Position numbers and translations under genes: made by a program. The notes beneath the pieces are model-generated. The model saw nothing but the letters and a program-made list of their open reading frames with translations, made no database searches and was not told the origin of the DNA. A DNA stretch of 64,000 nt from an uncultured Planctomycetaceae bacterium (GTDB lineage Bacteria; Planctomycetota; Phycisphaerae; SM23-33). The DNA lies in contig CAYNZP010000009.1 of assembly GCA_964401835.1 (NCBI GenBank), positions 18,020 through 82,019 of the forward strand, given 5' to 3'. Shown here piece by piece: positions 39,295 to 48,992 of this stretch (position 1 is the first letter of the stretch; each line of letters begins with the position of its first letter).

Positions 39295-39966
39295 ATGTCG
39301 CCCCAAAAACCCAGCCGCATCGAACTAGCCGAGATGATAGACCATGCAGCACTGTCTCCGCAAGCAACTATAGAAGATGTCCGCTCAGCATGCCAACTCG
39401 CGGCCCAATACAAAATAGCGTGCATTTGCGTCCGGCCGAGTGATGTAGCTCTTGCCAAAAGTATCCTCGGCAAAACCGATGTCGCCGTTGGCGGCGTAAT
39501 TGGCTTTCCGCACGGCTCGAGCACAACCGAAATAAAGGCAGCCGAAACCCGCAAGGCTATTGAAGATGGCGCAGACGAACTCGACATGGTGATTAACATC
39601 GGCCGACTTGTAAGCGGGGAAATTGACTTTGTCCGGGATGACATAAAAGCTGTCGTCGACGCTGCCGGCGGCAGAATCGTCAAGGTGATCTTTGAATGTT
39701 GCTACCTCAACCGAGACCAAATGGCTGCTGCCTGCAAAGCCAGCGAAGAGGCGGGCGCCAGCTATGTAAAAACCTCTACCGGCACGGCAGCTTCCGGCGC
39801 AACGCTTGAGGATGTCAGCTTTATGCGTCAGCAGGTAGGCGACAGGCTTGGCGTGAAGGCTTCGGGCGGAATCCACACGCTTGAAGATGCACTGGCAATG
39901 ATTGACGCAGGCGCAACACGAATCGGAACAAGCAGCACAAAACAGATTTTGGACGCCTTGGACTAA
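39295..39966 (+). CDS. deoC: Deoxyribose-phosphate aldolase
   Basis: DeoC motifs (VIGFPHG, VKVIFE, KTSTG, VKASGGI). Confidence 0.85.
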   Translation: MSPQKPSRIELAEMIDHAALSPQATIEDVRSACQLAAQYKIACICVRPSDVALAKSILGKTDVAVGGVIGFPHGSSTTEIKAAETRKAIEDGADELDMVINIGRLVSGEIDFVRDDIKAVVDAAGGRIVKVIFECCYLNRDQMAAACKASEEAGASYVKTSTGTAASGATLEDVSFMRQQVGDRLGVKASGGIHTLEDALAMIDAGATRIGTSSTKQILDALD

Positions 39967-41015
39967 AGATTCTTCGCTGCGGCGATCATTTCATCCAGCG
40001 TCGTTACAGCTGCTCCGCAGATAGTGTCAGCCGCACCGTAATAAATCGTCATCGTGCCGTCGTCATCGAGGATAAGGCCGTTCGAGAAAACCACCTCCCC
40101 ATAAACGCCGTCTAATTCGTAATTCGTCTCGGGCGAAATTACCGGCTGTTTGGCACGAGAGATTAATTTTTCCGGACGCTCGAGGTCGCTTAGCATCGCA
40201 CCAAGATGATAGACATGTTCATCGTCGGCGGCGTGGTATATCTCCAGCCAGCCGTCGTCAGTCTTTATCGGCGGAGCGCCGCAGCCGACACGCTCTGCCT
40301 CCCACGTGCCCGGACTCGGAGAAAGCGTAACTGTATGATTGCCCCACGAGACAAAGTCCGGCGAATATGCCGTCCAGATTGCCGCGGGGTTGAACTCGCT
40401 CTTGTAAGGCCGGTGTCGGCAAACATACTTGCCGCCAATCTTTTCCGGGAAAATGCAGACGTCCTTGTTATATGGCGGCAGGATAACGCCGTGCTTTTCG
40501 TAGCTGACGAAATCCGTCGTCGAGGCCAGAGCCACCGCCACACCATGAGGGGAGACAGCCGTGTATGCGATATAGTACCGCCCATCGATAAAAGTTATCC
40601 GTGCATCCTCGCAGCCGTACGTTTCGTAAGGGCTCGAGGGGAAAATCGCGGGCGTCGGATCAAACGAGAAATTCTCGCCATCCCTGCTCCGTGCGATTCG
40701 CAGGTGCGAAATGCTCGTGAGCAGCGTCCGGCCGTGATAGCGATACTTGCGCGGGTCGGAGGTATCCAGGCCCGGATCGTCGAGGCTGAGGAACTGGGGC
40801 TGGACCTGACCGCTGTCGCAATCGAATACCATGTAGGCCACCTTGCCAGCCGGTGTCTGTCGGAGCTTTTCGCCGACACGCACCAGCAGGAGTATTTCAT
40901 CGCCAAATTTCACAGCTGCCGGGTTGAGCGTACAGAGGATTTCCAGATCGTCCCGCGTCGGTTTAACGTCCGCGGGGGTGAGTAACGGATTGGCTTTTGA
41001 TCTTTGAACTGTCAT
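39963..41015 (-). CDS. GH130-family glycoside phosphorylase/hydrolase (beta-mannoside-type)
   Basis: 5-bladed-propeller family pattern (NPLLTP...NPAAV...LLVRV). Confidence 0.55.
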   Translation of the reverse strand: MTVQRSKANPLLTPADVKPTRDDLEILCTLNPAAVKFGDEILLLVRVGEKLRQTPAGKVAYMVFDCDSGQVQPQFLSLDDPGLDTSDPRKYRYHGRTLLTSISHLRIARSRDGENFSFDPTPAIFPSSPYETYGCEDARITFIDGRYYIAYTAVSPHGVAVALASTTDFVSYEKHGVILPPYNKDVCIFPEKIGGKYVCRHRPYKSEFNPAAIWTAYSPDFVSWGNHTVTLSPSPGTWEAERVGCGAPPIKTDDGWLEIYHAADDEHVYHLGAMLSDLERPEKLISRAKQPVISPETNYELDGVYGEVVFSNGLILDDDGTMTIYYGAADTICGAAVTTLDEMIAAAKNL

Positions 41016-41173
41016 AGTCCCCTATTTGTAACTTTTCATGGCCTGTGAACAAACTTTTTTCTCGGCTTTATTCCAAAGGTGAGTAGGGCGAGCAAATTTT
41101 TTGCTCGCGGGGGATGAAAAGAACACAGCTTGCTAGCCAGCTGTGCCACCCGCCCAAAACATTCTAATGGTTT

Positions 41174-41521
41174 TCAAAGATCTTCTGCTTCAGATTTACG
41201 AATTTCAGCCTCAATTCTATTCTTACGGTCCCAGATAATAATGTACGTTGTCAAACGTATATGTGCCCAAAGCTTCATTACTGCGACATTAACAATTCCT
41301 ACAATACCCAAAAATAATCCAATAGCATGTTGCTTTAAATTATCGTCAGGGGCATTAAAGATAATGTTTAGCCCCCAAAGCGTAATAAATACGGACAACG
41401 ATAGAAAAATCCAATATGTTATTTCTGTTTTCCGAACTTTCTTTAGAATATCATCACATGTTGGAGTTTCTTTAAAGCTCTCTGCCCAGTTAAATAATCT
41501 CATAGTAAATCTCCCATTCAT
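41174..41521 (-). CDS. Small 3-TM membrane protein
   Basis: Overlaps the upstream HTH gene by ATGA. AT-rich patch. Confidence 0.4.
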   Translation of the reverse strand: MNGRFTMRLFNWAESFKETPTCDDILKKVRKTEITYWIFLSLSVFITLWGLNIIFNAPDDNLKQHAIGLFLGIVGIVNVAVMKLWAHIRLTTYIIIWDRKNRIEAEIRKSEAEDL

Positions 41522-41811
41522 TTGTCGCTTTGTTCAAAAGCCTTGATTAATGTTTTGGCTATTGAAAGATCTAGTTTTCCTTCGACTACCAGCAATTTGA
41601 TTTTTCGATGAAACGATGTTTTCGGTTTCTTAGAATCAAGGATTTTCACTTTCTCAATAAGGCGATTCAGCCTAATTCGGACCGTGGGATAAGAAATGCC
41701 ATATTGTCGAGCAATCTCCTTAAGTGATCCAGAGGCCAGCAACAGTCGTTTAATAAACTGCCAGTCCTCTTCGCCTAAGCCTCTAACCCATTCTGGAATT
41801 TCAGAATCCAT
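41518..41811 (-). CDS. DUF2089-like HTH protein
   Basis: EIARQYGISYPTVRIRLNRL resembles the DUF2089 C-terminal HTH. Confidence 0.5.
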   Translation of the reverse strand: MDSEIPEWVRGLGEEDWQFIKRLLLASGSLKEIARQYGISYPTVRIRLNRLIEKVKILDSKKPKTSFHRKIKLLVVEGKLDLSIAKTLIKAFEQSDK

Positions 41812-42143
41812 AAAATGTTCCTTTTTTGTACTTTAATATTATTAAGATACACATTAATAATGTTAAAGACAAGGAAAAGTTCAAATTTCTTAGTATATAG
41901 AAAAAGGCGATCAAATTGAAAGGTAGGCTGGGGTGCTCCCCCTCCCCAGAAAATCCAAAAAATTCTTCTCATGGCCCGGCCGGGGTTTAGGCCGGGGGAA
42001 TCCATTTTTTATTACCGCATTGCGCGGGAAGTGCCGGCTTGGGCGGGTATATATGGAAGGACTATGCTTTCCGTTGTTTTCGTTTTTTGACAATTTAATA
42101 GGCGACATTTAACTCAAATACTTATTCAGCCATTACTTAAGCC

Positions 42144-42286
42144 ATTTAAAAACTTGGCAGTTTTGGGCAGAATTGGGCACATTTGGGCAGAACTGGGCAG
42201 AATTGGGCAGTTTTGGGCAGAACTGGGCAGTTTTGGGCAGATTTGGGCAGTTTCGGGCAGCTTTCGGCAAACAGAGGCAGGCTCGA
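42144..42286 (+). repeat. About 14 tandem copies of a 10-bp unit (NNNTGGGCAG), perfectly phased
   Basis: Visible directly in the sequence as a GGCAG recurrence every 10 nt. Located 100-240 nt upstream of the 42387 gene. Confidence 0.9.
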
Positions 42287-42386
42287 ACCAAAAGTTACAT
42301 TCGATAATTACTGCTTGTTAGCCGGCGAGGCTTTTGCTATCTTTCCGCCTTCTGCTTAACTATTAGAACAAACAGGAGAAACACTC

Positions 42387-43568
42387 GTGAACGAACAACT
42401 CGCTTACGCCCTGATAACACCATATAGCCTCTACAAAAGCCGAACCGGCGGCATCATCGGCCGGCTCCTCTCACACGCCCAGCTCGAACTCGTGGACGTC
42501 CGCATGTTCGTCTTCAGCGATGCCTTTGTAGATGCCTACAAGAAAGTCGTATGTCCGGAAGGCATGGACCCTGCCATTGCAGAAGCGTGGCATAAGTATC
42601 TGGACCTGTCGCTGCGTCAGGACAACAGATGGGGCCGTGTGCCCCGCTGCATGCTGCTGCTGCTTCGCGGCCAAGACGCCGTTCGCCACCTCAAAGACGA
42701 GGTCGTCGGCGGCTTTACTGATCAGCTTGTTGGCGACACTATCCGCGGCACTTATGGAGACTTCATTCGTGATGAAGACGGCAAGGTTCACTACTTCGAG
42801 CCGGCTGTCATTACCTGCCCCGATGTGAAATTGAACAACGAGCATCTGAAACTCTTTGCCGAATACGCCACAACCGACGGCGGCGTCCTCACCGACCGCG
42901 TCAAGTACGATGAAGGCAAGCCGGAAGTATCGCTGGTAATGCTCAAGCCCGACAATTTCTACCGTGCAAGCCGCCGGCCGGGAAATATTATCGACACGTT
43001 CAGCTGGACCGGCCTGAAGATCGTCGGAGCCAAGCTTTTCAATATGACCGTCGCACAGGGCGAAGAATTCTACGGCCCGCTGAAGAGCCTCTTCGTCGAC
43101 AAGCTCAAATTCAAGGTAGCCAACGAAGTTTATGAGCGGCTGAGCGACGCGTTTGACTTCGAGTTCAACGCCGACGACGCCGACGTACTGGCCCAGAAGC
43201 TGGCTGAGCGAAACGCGATTACCGAGTTCAACAAGATCGTCGAATTCATGACCGGAGTCAGCCCCGACGAAATTACCGATCCGCAGGAAAAGAAAACCGC
43301 CAGCAAGACTACATGCCTGGCGCTACTTTACGAGGGGCCGGACGCGATTGAAAAGATCCGCACCGTTCTGGGTTCGACCGATCCGACAAAGGCAGAGCCT
43401 GGCACGGTTCGTAGCGACTTCGGCCGCGACCTGATGCGTAACGGTGCTCACGCTTCGGACTCGACGGAAAACGCAATGCGTGAAAGAAAGATCGTCGGCC
43501 TGGCGAAAACCGAAAAAGACACCTGCCGTTTTGCCGAGATTATCGGGGAGTACATCGATAAGAAGTAA
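42387..43568 (+). CDS. Nucleoside-diphosphate-kinase-like protein with duplicated NDK fold
   Basis: Second domain has KPD and NGAHASDS (catalytic-His region) NDK motifs. First domain is degenerate. Confidence 0.5.
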   Translation: MNEQLAYALITPYSLYKSRTGGIIGRLLSHAQLELVDVRMFVFSDAFVDAYKKVVCPEGMDPAIAEAWHKYLDLSLRQDNRWGRVPRCMLLLLRGQDAVRHLKDEVVGGFTDQLVGDTIRGTYGDFIRDEDGKVHYFEPAVITCPDVKLNNEHLKLFAEYATTDGGVLTDRVKYDEGKPEVSLVMLKPDNFYRASRRPGNIIDTFSWTGLKIVGAKLFNMTVAQGEEFYGPLKSLFVDKLKFKVANEVYERLSDAFDFEFNADDADVLAQKLAERNAITEFNKIVEFMTGVSPDEITDPQEKKTASKTTCLALLYEGPDAIEKIRTVLGSTDPTKAEPGTVRSDFGRDLMRNGAHASDSTENAMRERKIVGLAKTEKDTCRFAEIIGEYIDKK

Positions 43569-43580
43569 CGAAAAGTTGAC

Positions 43581-44219
43581 ATGTCAGTAGATATTAAAAC
43601 CTTCGAAATCGGGCCGTTCGGGACAAACACATATTTGCTGTGTTGCGACGGCGACACATGGGTGATAGACCCCGGCATCGGCCCCGACAGTGAGCTTGTC
43701 GATTATCTGAAAGCGGAAGGAATAACGCCCTCTCGCATTTTGCTAACACACGGCCATGCCGACCATATCGGCGGCATCAAGGAGATAATGGATAATTTCG
43801 ACGGCGTGAAGCTCTGCTGCCCGGCAGCTGAAAAAAACATGCTAACCGACAGCCACGCTAATCTGTCTGCACCATTCGGAATGCCTGTCGAGACAAGCGA
43901 AGCTGACGAATTGCTCGAACCCGGCCAGGAGCTCATGCTTGGTGAGTCGCGGTGGCTGGTTCTGGATACTTCGGGGCATACTCCCGGCGGCATAAGCTTT
44001 TACTGCCGCGACGAGAAGGTAGTAATCACCGGAGACTCGCTGTTCGCCGGCAGTATCGGCCGAACGGATTTTCCCGGCTCTGACAGTGTTAGGCTACTGG
44101 AAACAATTAAATCGAATTTATTGACGCTACCGGAAGAAACGAGAGTTCTGCCGGGTCACGGCCCGGAATCGACAATTGGAAAGGAAAAATTGGCAAACCC
44201 ATTTTTGCAAAGGCTATGA
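43581..44219 (+). CDS. MBL-fold metallo-hydrolase (glyoxalase II-like)
   Basis: THGHADHIGG motif. Confidence 0.8.
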   Translation: MSVDIKTFEIGPFGTNTYLLCCDGDTWVIDPGIGPDSELVDYLKAEGITPSRILLTHGHADHIGGIKEIMDNFDGVKLCCPAAEKNMLTDSHANLSAPFGMPVETSEADELLEPGQELMLGESRWLVLDTSGHTPGGISFYCRDEKVVITGDSLFAGSIGRTDFPGSDSVRLLETIKSNLLTLPEETRVLPGHGPESTIGKEKLANPFLQRL

Positions 44220-44452
44220 TGCAGTAATGGCTTCAGTTCTATTGACTTGAGGCAATTTTTAGCCTAACATATGTGCAGGAAATGTCCGAGGCATCAAATT
44301 GCATTTCATAATTATATTCATGTCATCTAATCGGATATAGCCTGACGCGAAAAAACAGGGTAAAGCGTTTAGGTATTAATTGAGCAGGTTTTTGAACGGC
44401 ATTTTTGCAGGTAATGCTGCGCATGAACCTTTGTAACTTGTAGAGGCCCATA

Positions 44453-46093
44453 TTGGCATATATTCAAGTCATACAAGGCCCGGATAACGGCCGAACGTTC
44501 GAGCTGATTGACGGCGAAAACATCATTGGCCGGCAAAGCCCCACTGTCGGGCTGACTGACGGCACTATTTCCCGCCAGCACGCCCGTGTTATTACCCGCA
44601 ATGGCAAATGGGTGCTCGAGGATTGCGGCTCGGCCAACGGCACGTTCCTCAATGGAGTAAGGGTATCGAAATCCATGCCCCTCAAACGAGGCGACCAAAT
44701 TCGTTGCGGTGCGAGTCTTCTGGTTTTCGGTGGTAGTGAAAAAACTATGCCCACAGGAGCTGCTGTGGATATCGATGAAGAAGGAATGCTTGTAGACGCC
44801 GCAATTGTCGCCACCGTGCCAAGTAATGAAGATTCGGTAATCATCCCTACCGCCGAAGCCGGCACGGCAGCAATCCAGAGGCTGAGAATTCTTTACGACC
44901 TGATTTCAGATGTGGGCTCGATACTGAATGTTGACCTGCTCTTACAGCGAACGCTGCATAAGATGCTTGAAGTAATAAAAGCTGACCGGGCCTACATAAT
45001 GCTGGTCGACGAGAAAGACAAACTCACGCTCAAGGCGTCTTACCCCGAGCAGCCCGAAGCAATGAGACATATACCCGTATCCCGAACACTCCTTAAGGAA
45101 GTTCTGCGAAACGAAGTAGGAGTACTTAGCAGCAATGCGATGAGCGACAAACGATTCGCCTCCGGCAAGAGTGTTCACGACCTGGGCATACGCTCGGCTT
45201 TGTGCGTTCCGATTAAAGCGCGAGGGAAGATTATAGGCATAATAAACGTTGACTGTAACGTCTCCGAGCAGACATATTCGACCGAACAGCTTCGCCTGCT
45301 GACAGCCATCGGTTACCAGACTGGATTGGCGATAGAAAGCGTCAAGCTTTACGACGCAGCCGTCCAATCTGAGCGATTGGCAGCTGTGGGTGAGACAGTT
45401 GCGAACCTTTCGCATCACATCAAAAATATTCTCCAGGCACTTGGCGGCGGTATCGATATCGTTGAAATGAGCCTGAATAGTAACGACGTAAACAAAGCAC
45501 AGGACGCCTGGCCGATAGTTCAGCGTAACCTTGGAAAGATAAATGCCCTGATACTGAACATGCTTGCGTTCAGCAAAGACCGTCAGCCGTTACTCGAAAG
45601 CGTTAACATTAATCATGTTCTTAACGAATGTCTGGAATTAGTCACCCCACAAGCCGACGAAAGAGAAGTCGCCATAATAAGCGACCTCGACGAACTGCCG
45701 CCAATTCCAGTGGACGCCGCGGGCCTGCAGCAAGGGTTCCTGAATTTGCTTACCAACGCACTCGAAGCTGTCGAAGATCAAAACGGCGTGATTACATTGA
45801 CAAGTAAATTCGATTCCATGAACCGCCTGGTCGTAGTAACTGTCAGTGATAACGGCAGCGGAATAGAGAGCGACAAGCTGGAAGAAATTTTCCATCCGTT
45901 CTTTTCAAGTAAGGGGCAGAAAGGAACCGGCCTTGGTCTGGCTGTAACAAAAAAGGTAGTAAACGAACACAACGGAAGCATAAAGGTTGAATCCAAACCC
46001 GGCCAGGGGACGACCTTCACTATCAAGTTGCCCGCCATTACCGGCCAAAGTGCCGCAGATACCGACAGTGCAAAAATGCAGACTGACGTTTGA
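44453..46093 (+). CDS. FHA-GAF-histidine kinase (cytoplasmic sensor kinase)
   Basis: N-terminal FHA, central GAF, HisKA (NLSHHIKN) and HATPase_c (GTGLGLAV). Confidence 0.8.
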   Translation: MAYIQVIQGPDNGRTFELIDGENIIGRQSPTVGLTDGTISRQHARVITRNGKWVLEDCGSANGTFLNGVRVSKSMPLKRGDQIRCGASLLVFGGSEKTMPTGAAVDIDEEGMLVDAAIVATVPSNEDSVIIPTAEAGTAAIQRLRILYDLISDVGSILNVDLLLQRTLHKMLEVIKADRAYIMLVDEKDKLTLKASYPEQPEAMRHIPVSRTLLKEVLRNEVGVLSSNAMSDKRFASGKSVHDLGIRSALCVPIKARGKIIGIINVDCNVSEQTYSTEQLRLLTAIGYQTGLAIESVKLYDAAVQSERLAAVGETVANLSHHIKNILQALGGGIDIVEMSLNSNDVNKAQDAWPIVQRNLGKINALILNMLAFSKDRQPLLESVNINHVLNECLELVTPQADEREVAIISDLDELPPIPVDAAGLQQGFLNLLTNALEAVEDQNGVITLTSKFDSMNRLVVVTVSDNGSGIESDKLEEIFHPFFSSKGQKGTGLGLAVTKKVVNEHNGSIKVESKPGQGTTFTIKLPAITGQSAADTDSAKMQTDV

Positions 46094-46189
46094 TCAGCCA
46101 ACCTTCAGCTGAAAACAAAAAAAACGGCGAAACAGAATTTCTGCTCGCCGTTTTTGCTTGAGTTCGCTTTATCCGACTCTATAGAATCG

Positions 46190-48871
46190 TCATGCTTCGT
46201 CTTCGCCGGAAATTTCTTCCGCTTCTGCAGAAGGCTTTTTTTCGGCCGGAGTGTCATTGTCGACTTCCAGCGGCAGCTGGCCCTGCGAGGAATCTTCCGT
46301 AACCACGCGAGCTATAGAAACAAGCTTATCGCCCTTTTTAAGTGCGATTACCCGAACGCCCTGTGTCGCCCGGCCGATCGTGCGCACCTCGCTTACACCT
46401 GTGCGGACAATCATGCCAGTTTGAGTAATCAGCATGAGCTCGTCAGCTTCACGGATTGACTTCATGCCCACAACTTTACCATTGCGCTCGGTTGTCTTGA
46501 TGTTGATGATTCCATAACCACCGCGGCTCTGAATACGGTATTCTTCGAAGCTTGTCCGCTTGCCATAGCCGTTTTCGCAAACGGTAAGCAATGTTGCCAT
46601 CGGGTCGACAATGGCCATATCCACTACTTCGTCACCCTTGCGCAGATTAATGCCACGCACGCCAGCTGCGATTCGGCCCATCGGTCTGGCGTCGGTTTCC
46701 TTGAACCGAATCGCCTGTCCGTTACGGGTCGCCAGAATGATCTCGTCGTTTCCTCGAGTAATGGCCACATTAATTACAACGTCACCTTTACCAACGCCGG
46801 TCGCTTGAATGCCCCCACGCCTGGGGTTGGAGTAAGCTTTCAGTGCGGTCTTTTTGATCTGTCCGCTTTTAGTGGCGGTAACGAGGAACCTGTCATCAAA
46901 TTCGCGAACAGCAACAACTGCGCAGATTTTTTCATCTTTTTTAATCGGCAGCAGGTTGACAATGGCCCGGCCTTTGGACTGCCTGGACATCGAAGGAATA
47001 TCGTAAACCTTCAGCCAGTGCATGCGGCCGTTATTGAGGAATACCAGCATGTAATCGTGCGTCGAGGCGATAAACAGCTCTTCGACAAAATCGCCTTCCT
47101 TGGAATCCGAGCCGATAATGCCCTTGCCGCCCCTGCCCTGGCGACGATAAGTCGTAAGCGGCATGCGCTTGATATAACCCTCGTGGCTAAGCGTTACGAC
47201 GACGTCTTCCTCGGCAATGAGGTCTTCAATGTTAAAATCTTCAACGCCGGCGACTATTTCCGTGCGACGTTCGTCGCCATATTTGTCCTTAAGCTCGTGG
47301 ATATCCTCGCGGATCACATCCAAAAGCAGGGTTTCTTCCCGAAGGATGGCTTCATGGCCTTCGATTTCATCGACAAGTTTGGTGTAATTTTCCGCGAGTT
47401 TTTCGATTTCCAGGCCTGTCAAACGCTGCAACTGCATTGCAAGGATAGCGTCAGCCTGTACACCGGTAAGGGTTTGGGCCTCCTTGCTGGTCTTTTCGAC
47501 AAACGTCTTGGGCAAAAGCTTGCGAACAGTGGCAGACTCCGTCAGGCGGAGCTTATGAGCCATCAAACGCTGCTTTGCCGTCGGCACATCGGGAGACTTC
47601 TTGATTATCTCGATGATGCTGTCGATATCCGCAACCGCAAGTATCAAGCCTTCCAAAATATGTGCACGCTGACGGGCTCGACGCAGCAAGAACATCGTCC
47701 TGCGGCGGATTACTTCCTTGCGATGCTCGAGGAAGTGGAAGAGCATTTCCTTGAGGCCAAGGGTCTGTGGGGCACGGTTAACCAGAGCAATATTAATTAT
47801 GCTGAATGTCGATTGCAGCGACGTGAACTTGTAAAGCTGATTTACGACAACTTCCTCCTCGGCGCCTTTTTTCAGGTCCACGACAATTCGCATGCCAGTG
47901 CGGTCGGAATGGTCCTGAACGTCGGAGATATCCGGAATCTTGCCAGCCTTAACGGTGTCGGCAATACGCTCGATGATCGTTGTTTTGAGAACCTGATACG
48001 GAATCTCAGTTATGATAATCTGACTCTTGCCACCGCGTGTCTGCTCTGTATGCATCTTGGCGCGGACGATGACTTTGCTGCGTCCCGTGCGGTAACCTTC
48101 GACAATACCCTTTCGGCCGCAGATAAGCCCACCAGTCGGGAAGTCCGGGCCCTTGACGATCTTCATCAGGTCTTCGACCTCAGCTTCGGGATTGTCTATC
48201 AGACAAAGCAGAGCATCACAAATTTCTGTCAGGTTATGCGGGGCCATGCTTGTAGCCATACCAACGGCAATACCCTGCGAACCATTTACGAGAAGGTTGG
48301 GAAACTTGCTCGGAAGTACGGTCGGCTCGGTTCGCGTGTCGTCATAGTTCGGCTGCATATCGACGGTGTCGAGGTTCAAATCCTCGAGCATCTCCATCGC
48401 CACAGCCGTCATGCGTGCTTCCGTGTATCGCATAGCTGCCGGGGGGTCGCCATCGATAGAACCGAAGTTGCCCTGTGGATTGATAAGCGGACACCTCAGG
48501 GACCAGTGCTGACCAAGGCGAACCAGTGTCGGATAGACAACACCCTCGCCGTGTGGGTGATAGTTACCGGATGTGTCGCCGGCGATCTTGGCGCATTTTC
48601 TGTGTTTGCTGCGCGGGCCGAGGCTGAGGTCGTTCATAGCAACCATAACGCGTCGCTGCGACGGTTTGAGCCCGTCCCGTACGTCGGGAAGTGCGCGGTC
48701 CATTATTGTGCTCATCGCGTAGGTGAGATAGCTCTCTCGCATCTCCTCTTCGATGGGCAAATCCTCGATACGTTCATTATTGAACATTATCTGGGGAGCG
48801 GCCGGCTTTGCAGGAACTTCTGTTTGCTCAGCTTCGGGGGTTTCTTCTTGTGGAACGTTTTCTTCTGCCAC
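46190..48871 (-). CDS. gyrA: DNA gyrase subunit A
   Basis: Active-site region (AMRYTEARM), GyrA box (RQGRGGKG) in the CTD, acidic tail. Confidence 0.9.
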   Translation of the reverse strand: MAEENVPQEETPEAEQTEVPAKPAAPQIMFNNERIEDLPIEEEMRESYLTYAMSTIMDRALPDVRDGLKPSQRRVMVAMNDLSLGPRSKHRKCAKIAGDTSGNYHPHGEGVVYPTLVRLGQHWSLRCPLINPQGNFGSIDGDPPAAMRYTEARMTAVAMEMLEDLNLDTVDMQPNYDDTRTEPTVLPSKFPNLLVNGSQGIAVGMATSMAPHNLTEICDALLCLIDNPEAEVEDLMKIVKGPDFPTGGLICGRKGIVEGYRTGRSKVIVRAKMHTEQTRGGKSQIIITEIPYQVLKTTIIERIADTVKAGKIPDISDVQDHSDRTGMRIVVDLKKGAEEEVVVNQLYKFTSLQSTFSIINIALVNRAPQTLGLKEMLFHFLEHRKEVIRRRTMFLLRRARQRAHILEGLILAVADIDSIIEIIKKSPDVPTAKQRLMAHKLRLTESATVRKLLPKTFVEKTSKEAQTLTGVQADAILAMQLQRLTGLEIEKLAENYTKLVDEIEGHEAILREETLLLDVIREDIHELKDKYGDERRTEIVAGVEDFNIEDLIAEEDVVVTLSHEGYIKRMPLTTYRRQGRGGKGIIGSDSKEGDFVEELFIASTHDYMLVFLNNGRMHWLKVYDIPSMSRQSKGRAIVNLLPIKKDEKICAVVAVREFDDRFLVTATKSGQIKKTALKAYSNPRRGGIQATGVGKGDVVINVAITRGNDEIILATRNGQAIRFKETDARPMGRIAAGVRGINLRKGDEVVDMAIVDPMATLLTVCENGYGKRTSFEEYRIQSRGGYGIINIKTTERNGKVVGMKSIREADELMLITQTGMIVRTGVSEVRTIGRATQGVRVIALKKGDKLVSIARVVTEDSSQGQLPLEVDNDTPAEKKPSAEAEEISGEDEA

Positions 48872-48992
48872 GTATTCAACTCCGTTTAAATACCTTGATG
48901 AAAGAGTGGTAATTTATCACAAAAGCGGGCCAATGTCACCATCAAGACACAATATCATTTCTTCCAGACAAAGCTTTCAGGCAGCATACATT

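Noticed and set aside
41920-42060. Possible tRNA or tmRNA at the AT-rich patch or at island ends
   Set aside because: No cloverleaf with T-loop GTTCRANYC / anticodon arm could be drawn. Serine-recombinase islands do not need tRNA targets, and this one is in comM.
42144-42286. Possible CRISPR array
   Set aside because: Units are 10 bp and directly contiguous without spacers. There are no cas genes.
46805-48889. 694-aa ORF on the + strand
   Set aside because: Lies entirely antisense to gyrA, which has unmistakable homology. Long antisense ORFs are expected in high-GC DNA.
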